Virus record (IMG/VR): IMGVR_UViG_3300028597_000060 | Location: 1 to 27,477 of that record | Length of the DNA: 27,477 bases | Direction: 5' to 3' (one strand) | From: a virus | Lineage: Duplodnaviria; Caudoviricetes | Shown here: piece by piece, positions 7,008-15,290 of the stretch | Layout of the letters: each line of letters begins with the position of its first letter | Position numbering within the stretch: position 1 is the stretch's first letter | Notes under the pieces: generated by a model | What the model was told of the DNA's origin: nothing | The model's database searches: none | What the model saw: only the letters and a program-made list of their open reading frames with translations | Made by a program: the position numbers and the translations under genes

Positions 7008-9452
7008 TCAGTCGCGGGCAAAGATGCCCGGACCCGTAGGCTTTGCCTCGCTGCTAGCGAGTCGGATACCCACCAGCGTGATTCCCTTGTTCGTCTTCTT
7101 ACGGGTGACTTGGCGCTCTTCCATCGCGTCATAGAATGCGCGACGCGTCCAAATTTCCTTGGACGGTAGCCCCTCAGCCTCGCACCACTCCCGGTAGGCG
7201 TTGTACGCCTCAGCGCCAGGGACCTGCGACGCTTCATCCCGGTCGTAGACACCAGGGAAGAAACCAACCAGCGCATCGGACGTTTCGCGGTACTCGCGCG
7301 ACGCTGCTGTGATGATTTGGGGGTCCCGCAGACCGTTCGCGAACCACTCGACAGCGCCCCGAACGGCCCAAGCCGCGATGCCCTGCGCCTCAGCCATGAG
7401 CCGCTTGTCTAGGTCATGGTCCCGCTCATGCGGAGCGAAAAACCGCTTGAACGGAATCATCTTGACGCGTCGCCATAGACCATCATCCTGGCCCTTGAAC
7501 TTCGGTTTGTGGTTCGTCGCCAGCATCAGCAGGAACGACGGCTTGAACTCAAAGAATTCTTGCCGCAGGAACCGTGCGCTGACCATGTCCTTACCGGTGA
7601 CGCGCTTCAGTACAGCCTCGCTCATCGGCTTACCCGACTCGCCCTCAGACGCCATGACCAGACGCGAACCACGCAGCGCCGCAATATCGTTCGGGATACC
7701 GCCCGATTGCTTTTCCTCAAACGTGGCAAAGGGGGTTGTCTTGGTGACCGAACCGAACACAGCCGACAGCGTGTCAGTCAGCACACTCTTACCATTAGCG
7801 CCCTTCCCCCAGAGCACCGCGAAACACTGCTCATCGGTGAGACCCGTAATCCCGTACCCGATCAGCCGCTGAAGGTACGCAGGCATGTCCGGCATCCCCG
7901 GCATGATCTCTTCAAGGAACTTTTCCCAGCGAGCGCACTGCGCCTCAGGGTCATAGTCCAGCGCGAGACAGTAGGTCAGCATGTCCTCTTGCGAGTGCGG
8001 ACGCAGGCGACCCGTACGCAACTCGACAGTGCCGTTACGGAAGCTGAGCAACTCGGGGCGGTTGTCGAAATCACCAGGGGCCACGTACACACTCGGCACG
8101 CTGCGCAACTCGGTCATCAGGTCATTGATGCGCGTGGTCATGGTGAACCCGCGCGCTTCCTTGACCTTGCCAGCGAGCACCAGGGCAGCGCCCATGCGGT
8201 GAATCTCCTGACGTACCTTGACCTCTGAGCGCTCCCACGTGCGGCCGTTCCACACGTAAAACCCAAGTCCGGGCGCATACTTGATCCGCCCATCGGTCCA
8301 AGCCACCAGCGCGTGAGCGTTCATCGCGTCGGTGTCCCCGTACCGTTCGAGCAGACCGGCGAGGATGCGCGCCGCTTCGTTGCCCTGGTCGCGCGACACA
8401 ATGTCAGCGCCGGTAGCCTCGCTCAGTTCCTCGCTGACCTCAGCGCGGGCAGTGTCCTCAGCCTTCACCACAGGGCGCGCAGCCTTGACAGCCTTGTGCA
8501 GACTCAGCGCGAACGTCTGTCCTTCAGCGCCACGCCAGTCCGTAAGGTCAGACTTGGGTCCCAAGTTGGTCGGAATGGGCAGCGCGTAGACAGTGATACC
8601 GAACGGCTTCAGACCCTCCGCCAAACGGCGGTTGAACTCCCGTCCGGCGCTGTCGTTGTCCCCGCAGGCGATGACCTGCGTACCAGACACACCGTCCGCA
8701 ATCTCGCTGAGCGTCTCGGGTGAACCGACCAGGGCAGCGCCCCGGACCATGACCACGTCGTAGCCCACTGCGACGCCCGTAAGGCCATCTCCGGGCCCTT
8801 CAGTCACCAGGGTGACCCCGTAACCCCCATCGCCCTTGAATACGCCGTAGGGGGCCCATCTGAAGCCTTCCGGGTTGCTCAGCGACACCCAGCGCCCCGG
8901 ACACTGGCCGGTAAGGTCACGCCCCTGCAAGCCGCGCGGAGTACCGGCAAAGTCGAGCAGAGGCACCGTCAGCCGCGCATAGCGCTTGTAAGCCGTGCTC
9001 AGCGCACCGAAGAGAGGGTTTACCGTCGTGTCGTCCACCCCAACCCCAAGGTTGTAGGCAGTCTCGACGGACATGCCGAACCGATCGTTCAGGTAGTTGC
9101 GCGCGATCGTCGACCATTCGTCGCTGAAGTCGGTCAGCCGGTCGGCAGCATCCCGCGCGTAACCGTCAAGCGCCGCCACGTGCTTCGGACCGACCAACTC
9201 AGGTTTGGCGCTGGATACGGTCGGTGCGTCACCTTCGATGTTGAACAGGTCTCCCCAAGTCAGACCAGCCGCAGCAACCACATCCTTGGTGGCGCAGCCT
9301 GCGCGGCAGGTGAGTCGGCCCTTGCGATCGTCGCCAATCCAAATGCGCAGCGACGGGCGGGAATCCCCGTGCGAGGGGCACACAGCGAGGAACCCGCCGT
9401 CACTCTGTTCGGTCACCTCAGCGAACCGGCTCAGTAGGTCATTGAAAAGCAC
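7008..9452 (-). CDS. DNA primase-helicase (zinc finger + TOPRIM + D5/P4-type SF3 helicase)
   Basis: CPSH...CRAGC zinc site; TEGPGD and DND TOPRIM motifs; Walker A GKGANGKS; ARFLRQEFFEF, TNHKP, WRR. Confidence 0.95.
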   Translation of the reverse strand: MLFNDLLSRFAEVTEQSDGGFLAVCPSHGDSRPSLRIWIGDDRKGRLTCRAGCATKDVVAAAGLTWGDLFNIEGDAPTVSSAKPELVGPKHVAALDGYARDAADRLTDFSDEWSTIARNYLNDRFGMSVETAYNLGVGVDDTTVNPLFGALSTAYKRYARLTVPLLDFAGTPRGLQGRDLTGQCPGRWVSLSNPEGFRWAPYGVFKGDGGYGVTLVTEGPGDGLTGVAVGYDVVMVRGAALVGSPETLSEIADGVSGTQVIACGDNDSAGREFNRRLAEGLKPFGITVYALPIPTNLGPKSDLTDWRGAEGQTFALSLHKAVKAARPVVKAEDTARAEVSEELSEATGADIVSRDQGNEAARILAGLLERYGDTDAMNAHALVAWTDGRIKYAPGLGFYVWNGRTWERSEVKVRQEIHRMGAALVLAGKVKEARGFTMTTRINDLMTELRSVPSVYVAPGDFDNRPELLSFRNGTVELRTGRLRPHSQEDMLTYCLALDYDPEAQCARWEKFLEEIMPGMPDMPAYLQRLIGYGITGLTDEQCFAVLWGKGANGKSVLTDTLSAVFGSVTKTTPFATFEEKQSGGIPNDIAALRGSRLVMASEGESGKPMSEAVLKRVTGKDMVSARFLRQEFFEFKPSFLLMLATNHKPKFKGQDDGLWRRVKMIPFKRFFAPHERDHDLDKRLMAEAQGIAAWAVRGAVEWFANGLRDPQIITAASREYRETSDALVGFFPGVYDRDEASQVPGAEAYNAYREWCEAEGLPSKEIWTRRAFYDAMEERQVTRKKTNKGITLVGIRLASSEAKPTGPGIFARD
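7054..7069 (-). promoter_or_regulatory. phage promoter-like motif (copy 3, GTATCCGACTCGCTAG), inside the primase 3' end
   Basis: 15/16 match in the correct orientation, about 125 nt upstream of the polymerase start. Confidence 0.6.
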
Positions 9453-9478
9453 CGTTTCCCCTTTCGTTCGCTGAGGGG

Positions 9479-9494
9479 CTAGCGAGTCGGTTAC
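9479..9494 (-). promoter_or_regulatory. phage promoter-like motif (copy 4), upstream of the primase-helicase
   Basis: Exact 16-mer immediately after the HNH stop. Confidence 0.75.
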
Positions 9495-9917
9495 CTAGAA
9501 CGGAGGCTCCGAACCGAACGACTCTGACCACTCCGCAAGTGTCTTGGCACCCTTGGAAAGATTGCAGGTCGCGCACGCTGGCACGATGTTGTGTTCCACA
9601 TCAGCGCCACCCTTGGACAGCGGGTGTACGTGATCCAGATGAGTGGCCAGCGCAGAGCAGTACGCGCACCGGTGCCCCCAGCGGGCAAGAATCTCCGTAC
9701 GGCTGTACGGCACATGTTCAACGCCATACGCCTGCGCCCTACGCTTGTGCGTCAGTTCGTGGCGCTTGTCCGGGGGAAGCGACCGATAGAAGTTGCGTAT
9801 GTGTTGCTGCTGGCGCTTCCGGCGACATGACGCGCATGCGCTTGTTGGTTTCTTCGCCTTACCGGCGAGGAATTCAGAGGCGGGCCGTCCCCGCCCGCAT
9901 AGTCGGCATACCTTCAC
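9495..9917 (-). CDS. HNH endonuclease with N-terminal zinc finger
   Basis: CxxC...CxxC, then CAYC..DHVHPLSKGG...NIVPACATCNLSK. Start is 9917 (GTGA overlap) or 9926. Confidence 0.9.
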   Translation of the reverse strand: MKVCRLCGRGRPASEFLAGKAKKPTSACASCRRKRQQQHIRNFYRSLPPDKRHELTHKRRAQAYGVEHVPYSRTEILARWGHRCAYCSALATHLDHVHPLSKGGADVEHNIVPACATCNLSKGAKTLAEWSESFGSEPPF

Positions 9918-10090
9918 CGTAGCCACCTAACATCAGCGCCACGCGTCACGGCATGGCGGACAGCATCCACGTAACGGCACCACTCGCGCGACTCGCGTAT
10001 CGGGGACTCAATCCATAGCGTGTCACCCTCCCCCAGCGTGCGCACGTCACCCATTGCGGGGGCATTCCCCACTCTGATAGCCCGTTCCAC
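9914..10090 (-). CDS. hypothetical protein (58 aa, MERAIRVGN...)
   Basis: Start set at GTG 10090 behind SD AGGAGG. Confidence 0.7.
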   Translation of the reverse strand: MERAIRVGNAPAMGDVRTLGEGDTLWIESPIRESREWCRYVDAVRHAVTRGADVRWLR

Positions 10091-10102
10091 GGGCGTACCT
10101 CC

Positions 10103-10116
10103 TACGAAAATTCGTA
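10103..10116. promoter_or_regulatory. operator palindrome TACGAAAATTCGTA abutting an RBS
   Basis: Exact motif copy, just downstream of the terminator at 10135-10164. Confidence 0.75.
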
Positions 10117-10134
10117 CCTGCCTCAACGCAGAGA

Positions 10135-10164
10135 GGGGCCAGCGGGCGATAACCCACTGACCCC
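10135..10164 (-). terminator. hairpin GGGGTCAGTGGG/CCCGCTGGCCCC
   Basis: 12-bp stem with G-U pairs right after the stop at 10172. Confidence 0.6.
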
Positions 10165-10171
10165 AACTCCC

Positions 10172-10456
10172 CTACTCCTCGCCCTGGTTGACAAAGTCTG
10201 GAGTGACCAGCCGGACATGTTCCGCGCTGATCTTCACCGGATCGAGCGTCCGGCGACGCGTGAACCCGGACTCATGGCCGGTCGGCTGTACCAGCAGCAT
10301 CGGACGCAGACGGCCCCCCACGTTCTCAGTGGTGACATCCTGCACGACAGCGTCAGTCATGCGCACTCGATTGCCCGCCCGCACTGCGTACGTCACCAGA
10401 TCACCGGCGTACAGTTCCTCACCGGCATAGTCGGTAACTACCCCACGCTTCCCCAT
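10172..10456 (-). CDS. hypothetical phage protein (94 aa)
   Basis: SD GGAGAGG; operon packing. Confidence 0.8.
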   Translation of the reverse strand: MGKRGVVTDYAGEELYAGDLVTYAVRAGNRVRMTDAVVQDVTTENVGGRLRPMLLVQPTGHESGFTRRRTLDPVKISAEHVRLVTPDFVNQGEE

Positions 10457-10458
10457 GC

Positions 10459-10773
10459 TTACGCCTCTCCGCGCGTCTCGTCCGCGATACGGATCGCCGC
10501 AACCGCAGCGGTCGCAATCTGCATCCTCCGGGGAGTGTCCAGCGCCGACCAGGGACGGCCGTAAATGTGCATGCTGAGCGTCCCGGACACCTTGTCCAGC
10601 CGGGGGACGACTCGCTGAAGATCAGTCACCGGCACCAGCGACACATTCCCGTCCGCCTTGCGGATGAGATAGCGCAGCCGCTGACCGGTCGTACGGTGCG
10701 GGCCCGACAGAACCTCTGCGGGCATGACCATGCCCCGATAGGTGACCTTGTCTCCAGCCTTGAAGTCAGCCAT
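10459..10773 (-). CDS. hypothetical phage protein (MADFKAGDKV...; alternative start 10818)
   Basis: Both in-frame starts have an SD; the N-terminus looks SH3/KOW-like. Confidence 0.75.
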   Translation of the reverse strand: MADFKAGDKVTYRGMVMPAEVLSGPHRTTGQRLRYLIRKADGNVSLVPVTDLQRVVPRLDKVSGTLSMHIYGRPWSALDTPRRMQIATAAVAAIRIADETRGEA

Positions 10774-10903
10774 GTTCTCTCTCCTAGGATCGCCCTGTGC
10801 AGTGAAAATGAACGCCACGCTGTCTCTCCTCAGCGCTGGGGTTGCTCTCTACTGCCACTGGCCCCGAACCCAGCGACTAGCGCTGAGAACGGGGCAGTTG
10901 GCG

Positions 10904-11245
10904 TTACCAGGCTTCATCAGCCTCAGGGAAATCCGACCCGGCCGGACGCTCATCGAAATAAGCGGCCAGTAGGGCAGTCGGCTGATTCACAGTCTCGACT
11001 CGCAGCGCCTCAACGCTGGCACCCTTGGGCACCAGATGGGCAACAGCAGCACGGGCACGCGCCCGACCACCAGCGATCACAAGGGCGTTATCGAACTCCC
11101 CCGGCTGGACAGCGTCAGTGCGGCGAACTTCGTAAAGGGGCATGGGGTGAACCTCTCTCCGGAGAAAAAGGGCCACGCCTGCGGCAACACCAGCGGCAGA
11201 CATGGCCAGAACAAACAACATGGCGTAGGCGCTGTCAGCGCTCAC
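10904..11245 (-). CDS. hypothetical protein; hydrophobic N-terminus, internal start MPLYEV at 11143
   Basis: GTGA coupling at 11245; SD GAGAGG before ATG 11143. Confidence 0.65.
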   Translation of the reverse strand: MSADSAYAMLFVLAMSAAGVAAGVALFLRREVHPMPLYEVRRTDAVQPGEFDNALVIAGGRARARAAVAHLVPKGASVEALRVETVNQPTALLAAYFDERPAGSDFPEADEAW

Positions 11246-11427
11246 GAAAACTCGGGGTCACCGATCGGTTCCGGGTCGCCTTGCAGGATGTTGCGCCTGC
11301 GTCGCTCACTCAGAACGGCTGACCGGTAATGGGGGTGGAACTCCCACAGGGGCAGTGCCACGTATTCGTCACTGGCCATACGCAGCACACCCACTGTCTG
11401 AGTCCGCTGAGTCTCATTCAGCGGCAT
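11242..11427 (-). CDS. hypothetical protein (61 aa)
   Basis: Fills the gap between the gp3-like gene and the next ORF. Confidence 0.6.
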   Translation of the reverse strand: MPLNETQRTQTVGVLRMASDEYVALPLWEFHPHYRSAVLSERRRRNILQGDPEPIGDPEFS

Positions 11428-11439
11428 CGGTCAACGCCC

Positions 11440-12162
11440 CTAGCGCTCTTCGGCAATCGCGTCATTGTAGGAACCAAGCACGGTGATAACCGGCTTACGG
11501 AACTCAACGCTGACACCCTCGCGGTTCACGTAATTCACCTGCTCGATCTCCAGCCGACAGAGCGCCTCACCACCGATGGCGTCAAGATCGTTCTTCACCT
11601 CATGGATGACCTCAGCCAGCGACCATGCAGTTGCGATCAGCTTGCCCGCACCAAGTTCGTAACCAGCGCCAGCGAGACGGAAAGTCACGTTGATAGAAGG
11701 CGACGGGCCCCGACGCTTCCGCGCAAGGTCCTTACGCTGAGCCATCGTTCGGGGGCAACCGCACGGCTGGCCCTTGTCCTCCGGAGGCGACAGGTAGAAC
11801 TCACCGTCACACTCATGGATCGGACCACCCGGACCCCAGAGAATCAGCTTGTCCTCAATGGCCTTGCTGCCGTTGATGACAATCTCAACGCTGGTCGACT
11901 CGGTCAGAACATGCAGGTTCATGTCCTTCGTCGGGTCATACTCGTCGGGGGTCCCGCCCATCAGTTCCGCGATGCCCTGCGCCACGCTCGGGTCATCGGT
12001 CAGAACACGCCAGTGAGCGAGGCTGACCGGCTTACGGTCAACCTGCATGCCCGAGCGGAACTGGAAAACCGGCCGCTCGAACTTCGGCTTATCGCGGGCA
12101 GCCGCAGCCTTGTCCGCCTTAGCCTTGGCCTCAGGGTCAGTGTCGAAAATGCGAAGAGCCAT
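11440..12162 (-). CDS. phiC31 gp3-like protein (recombination directionality factor / replication protein)
   Basis: Matches the phiC31 gp3 sequence as I recall it: WR..T....VA..AxL.GGTP, H.CDG, GQPCGCP, P.P.I.VTF.LA and C-terminal KP.ITVL.SYNDAIA. Start ATG 12162. Confidence 0.85.
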   Translation of the reverse strand: MALRIFDTDPEAKAKADKAAAARDKPKFERPVFQFRSGMQVDRKPVSLAHWRVLTDDPSVAQGIAELMGGTPDEYDPTKDMNLHVLTESTSVEIVINGSKAIEDKLILWGPGGPIHECDGEFYLSPPEDKGQPCGCPRTMAQRKDLARKRRGPSPSINVTFRLAGAGYELGAGKLIATAWSLAEVIHEVKNDLDAIGGEALCRLEIEQVNYVNREGVSVEFRKPVITVLGSYNDAIAEER

Positions 12163-12208
12163 GGGATACCGCTTTCTGTGAATGCGCGCAGGGTCTGTGA
12201 CTTGGGAA

Positions 12209-12246
12209 GGGGGCAGGGCAGGCACACCGTCAACTGCCCTGCCCCC
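12209..12246. terminator. 13-bp perfect inverted repeat GGGGGCAGGGCAG/CTGCCCTGCCCCC
   Basis: Lies between promoter copy 5 and the gp3-like gene; terminator or 5' stabilising hairpin. Confidence 0.55.
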
Positions 12247-12258
12247 TCCGATCAGTGG

Positions 12259-12274
12259 CTAGCGAGTCGGTTAC
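12259..12274 (-). promoter_or_regulatory. phage promoter-like motif (copy 5)
   Basis: Exact 16-mer; overlaps the TAA of the 45-aa ORF. Confidence 0.75.
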
Positions 12275-12408
12275 TCGCCCATCAGGCAGCGCCCCGGCAC
12301 ATCTGCGGACGCTGTGAACCGGTACAGGTCACACGGGCCGAAGAACCACGCCCAGATGCCGACAGCAGCGACCAGCGTGAGAGCCGCAAGGGATGCCACT
12401 GTGCGCAC
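12271..12408 (-). CDS. small membrane protein (45 aa, MRTVASLAALTLVAAVGIWAWFFGPCDLY...)
   Basis: Hand translation; SD GGAGGG; one transmembrane segment. Confidence 0.65.
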   Translation of the reverse strand: MRTVASLAALTLVAAVGIWAWFFGPCDLYRFTASADVPGRCLMGE

Positions 12409-12410
12409 GC

Positions 12411-13241
12411 CTACGCCCTCCGCTGAGTGCCGGTGACCAGACCACCCGTACCCGTCGCGATGGGGTCCCCCAGCACCGTCTTAGAGACGCGCTTGTCCCA
12501 CTCGAACGTGTGGCGCAGAGACAGGAAGTGCTCAAACACATCCGACTGGTCGATACGGACCGGCTTGAATGCCCACGTCTCGTCAGTGATGTGCAGGACA
12601 CACGCGCCGTCAAACTCGGGCATCGGCTCGCGACTACCGTCCGGCGCGATGATGAAGTCAGCGTGAGCGTATGCAGCCATCTGCAAAGCCACTTCCGGAT
12701 ATGTGCTCTTGGACGTCTTCCAGTCCGTCATCACAAGGGCCGGATCGCCAGCGGGGTCCGGTCGGCCCTGGTCATCGAGACGCAGACGCAGCACGGCATC
12801 AAACGATCCGGCGTATTCATGCTCATCGGACCACGCCACATCCTCAGCGCGAACCAACTCGGGCTGAACCAGGTCAAGGAACTCACCGAAATGGCGCTGG
12901 TACGGGGCCATGTCCGGGTGCACACGCGCCAGCCGCTCGCCCCTAATCATGCGCTCAAACAGGTCATGCGCCTGAGAGCCGATACCGGCACGATGCTTGG
13001 TGTACCGGTTCGCAGCGCCCTTCAGATACTGGATAGCGCCGTCACGGTCCCGCTGCGCCATCTGCTCGATGAACTCCAGCGAGTCAACGGCCAGTTCGGC
13101 CACCATCTTCGCCTGCCAGAAAGCAAGGAACGGCTTAGGCAGCATGCCGATTACGGACGTGACTCCCGGATACTTGATCTCCGGAAAATCTTCGTTGAAG
13201 TAAAACCGCGCGCCACTGCGCTGGATAGTGCGGATTCCCAC
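12411..13241 (-). CDS. PD-(D/E)XK (Cas4/RecB-like) exonuclease
   Basis: PGVTSVI, G...H...E, YAGSFD, DWKTS and QMAAY motifs. Confidence 0.88.
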   Translation of the reverse strand: MGIRTIQRSGARFYFNEDFPEIKYPGVTSVIGMLPKPFLAFWQAKMVAELAVDSLEFIEQMAQRDRDGAIQYLKGAANRYTKHRAGIGSQAHDLFERMIRGERLARVHPDMAPYQRHFGEFLDLVQPELVRAEDVAWSDEHEYAGSFDAVLRLRLDDQGRPDPAGDPALVMTDWKTSKSTYPEVALQMAAYAHADFIIAPDGSREPMPEFDGACVLHITDETWAFKPVRIDQSDVFEHFLSLRHTFEWDKRVSKTVLGDPIATGTGGLVTGTQRRA

Positions 13242-13274
13242 TAGGGCCCCTTTCGTCGTCTGTACGACTGAGGG

Positions 13275-13290
13275 CTAGCGGGTCGGTTAC
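13275..13290 (-). promoter_or_regulatory. phage promoter-like motif (copy 6, GTAACCGACCCGCTAG)
   Basis: 15/16 match at the head of the early/replication operon. Confidence 0.7.
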
Positions 13291-13292
13291 CT

Positions 13293-13386
13293 AGTGACGA
13301 AGTGACGATTTGATGGGCAGTCCAGTAATCGCTATAGAAACTCTTAGGGATTACTGAAGTGGGGTCTAAATCGTCACTTCGTCACT
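13293..13386. repeat. nested inverted repeat (19-bp arms with tandem AGTGACGA, inner CAGTAATC/GATTACTG, AT-rich core); candidate replication origin
   Basis: AGTGACGAAGTGACGATTT at 13293-13311 pairs with AAATCGTCACTTCGTCACT at 13368-13386; inner arms at 13323-13330 and 13349-13356. Confidence 0.85.
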
Positions 13387-13522
13387 TGCTCTGGCGCTGA
13401 CTACGCTGTGTCGGCAGACCACCGACGCTACGTGACAACGTCTGTACGGCTCTCTGCGGGCATGAAAGAACCCCACCTGACCTCAGGGGCCAGATGGGGC
13501 TAGAAGGCGCTCATAGAGGCAC

Positions 13523-13720
13523 TCAGGGCGTCAGACGGATGGTTCTGACGTGACAGGCGAACCCCTGCCGACCGTACGCCCGGACCACCATGGCTAGGTG
13601 GCGCTCACAGGTGAACGAATTATCAGCGTGGCCAGCCTTCACCGGCCGCACGATGAACTGAATCGGTCCCGGCTCGCGTGTGTGGTCATCGGTGCAGCCT
13701 TGGCAGTTCAGGTGTTCCAT
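13523..13720 (-). CDS. small Cys/His-containing hypothetical protein (65 aa)
   Basis: SD GGAG; CxxC and CxxH; flanked by hairpins. Confidence 0.6.
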   Translation of the reverse strand: MEHLNCQGCTDDHTREPGPIQFIVRPVKAGHADNSFTCERHLAMVVRAYGRQGFACHVRTIRLTP

Positions 13721-13738
13721 GTCGCTCCAAACGTGAGA

Positions 13739-13764
13739 GGGGGCCCGGTTATCCCGGACCCCCC
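13739..13764 (-). terminator. hairpin after the repressor gene
   Basis: GGGGGTCCGG...CCGGGCCCCC on the minus strand, about 25 nt after the stop. Confidence 0.6.
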
Positions 13765-13787
13765 ATGCCTTACGTGGTCGGTGCGCC

Positions 13788-15161
13788 CTACAGGGTCGCG
13801 GTGATCATCTTCTTAAGCGCTTCGTAGAGCTCTTCCAGTTCGCTCCGGACCGCTTCCTTCGTCTCGTCGGTGGCCTTGCTGAAGTCTTCCGGCTTGGCCT
13901 TGATCACGTCTGCCTTCAGCCGCTTCACCACCGCGCGGATACGGTCGTCCGGCGTGTCGGTCGGCGTGGTGCTGGCGCTGTCGCTGCCCTCACCCTCGCC
14001 GGACCCCTCGCCCTCACCCTCGCTGCTGGCCGGGGTGCCCGACTCGATGGCCTGCGCGGCCTGCCACTTTTCCCGCTCGATCGCGGCCTTGCCCTTCAGC
14101 GCCGTCCCGTACTGCTGGGCGAGCCACTCGGAAACGGGCGTCTCTTCCGGCTTGGACTCCAGCACCTTGCCGAACAGTTCCCGCTCGGCCTGCGCCTCAG
14201 CGCTGTCCCCGTCAAGGCTCAGCAGGTACTCGGCGCGGATGTCGGTCCGGTAGTACTGCACGCTGCGCTGCAACTTCTTCAGCGACTGCTCATTCTCGAA
14301 CGTGTGCTCAAAGCCTTCACCAGCCTTGGCGTACAGGGCGCTCATGGCGTCGCGCGCTTCCTGACTGGTCATCATGATGTCCGGGTTACCCTCGCGGTTG
14401 GGCAGGCGGCGCACCACGTCGAGACCGATAGAGGCGATTTCCTTGGCGAGCGTGCCCACCTTGACCTGAAGGCGAACGCCCTCGGCGACCCGCTCAGCGC
14501 CCATGGCGATCAGCTCGGGCACACCGTCGTATTCGGCGTAGCCCTTGCTCTCGACCTGCGCGACCTCGGCCTTACGGGCAGCCTGCGCGGCCTCAACGGC
14601 AGCCTTCCACGCGTCCCGATAGTCCTTCTTGTGCTTGATGCTGCCCCTGCCAGACAGAGAGGAGATCAGCGTCTCGGTCTCCTTGCCCAGCGTCTCAAGG
14701 GCGTCCGCGTTGTCCTCAGTCGCCAGCGAACGGGCCCGCTCGATGTTGGCGATGATCTGGTCGAGCACCTTACGGCCCTCTTCCGTGTTCACGTCGTTAC
14801 CGTTCGTCATGTCCGTCTCCCCTTCAGTGGTGGCAGGCTCTTCCGCCTGCGTTTCGGTGGTCACGCCGTAGGCGCGCTGAACCGCTTCGGTGTACCGCTC
14901 GCGGTGGCCGTGGTCGGCGCTCCGGTAGTCGTCCCCCAGCGTCTCGAACTCGCCGGAAACGGCCTTGCAGAGCGCCAGCGTGTCGTGAGTGGCGATCTTG
15001 TGCGGGGGACCGTCGGCAGCCACGCGGATACCGGCGACGGTGCGCAGCTTGGTGACGATCAGTGCCCACACCTTGCCGTTGCGCTGGGCACTGTAACGGA
15101 ACGACTCGCCCTCAGCGATGTACTGCGTGATGCCGCTCGCCGTAGTCCGCTTGAAGTTCAT
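13788..15161 (-). CDS. putative immunity repressor (457 aa)
   Basis: Large helical acidic protein between dNMP kinase and exonuclease, the repressor position in R4/phiC31-like phages; has its own TTGACA promoter with an adjacent operator. No motif-level proof. Confidence 0.65.
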   Translation of the reverse strand: MNFKRTTASGITQYIAEGESFRYSAQRNGKVWALIVTKLRTVAGIRVAADGPPHKIATHDTLALCKAVSGEFETLGDDYRSADHGHRERYTEAVQRAYGVTTETQAEEPATTEGETDMTNGNDVNTEEGRKVLDQIIANIERARSLATEDNADALETLGKETETLISSLSGRGSIKHKKDYRDAWKAAVEAAQAARKAEVAQVESKGYAEYDGVPELIAMGAERVAEGVRLQVKVGTLAKEIASIGLDVVRRLPNREGNPDIMMTSQEARDAMSALYAKAGEGFEHTFENEQSLKKLQRSVQYYRTDIRAEYLLSLDGDSAEAQAERELFGKVLESKPEETPVSEWLAQQYGTALKGKAAIEREKWQAAQAIESGTPASSEGEGEGSGEGEGSDSASTTPTDTPDDRIRAVVKRLKADVIKAKPEDFSKATDETKEAVRSELEELYEALKKMITATL

Positions 15162-15201
15162 CGTTCCGTCCCCTGCCCTGTCGTCGTTGTTACCGGGGCC
15201 G

Positions 15202-15250
15202 ACTATTCCGTAGTCAGGCCCCTATGTCAAGTCACTTACGAAAATTCGTA
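15202..15250 (-). promoter_or_regulatory. promoter TTGACA-N17-AATAGT with operator (15237-15250) 6 bp upstream of -35
   Basis: Consensus -35 at 15225-15230, -10 at 15202-15207. Confidence 0.7.
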
Positions 15251-15256
15251 CCTGGG

Positions 15257-15284
15257 GGCCCCCAGCGCCGTAGCGCCAGGGGCC
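15257..15284 (-). terminator. GC-rich hairpin after the accessory gene
   Basis: GGCCCC...GCGC-loop-GCGC...GGGGCC next to the stop at 15291. Confidence 0.5.
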
Positions 15285-15290
15285 ACTAGG

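Noticed and set aside
6929-7276. N-terminal extension of the polymerase in the ORF track (similarly 2480-2512, 12163-12225, 15726-15791)
   Set aside because: The extensions overlap another gene or regulatory hairpins, and better SD-supported starts lie downstream.
13293-13386. Inverted repeat as attP or transposon ends
   Set aside because: There is no adjacent integrase or transposase, and the tandem 8-mers fit iterons better; not formally excluded.
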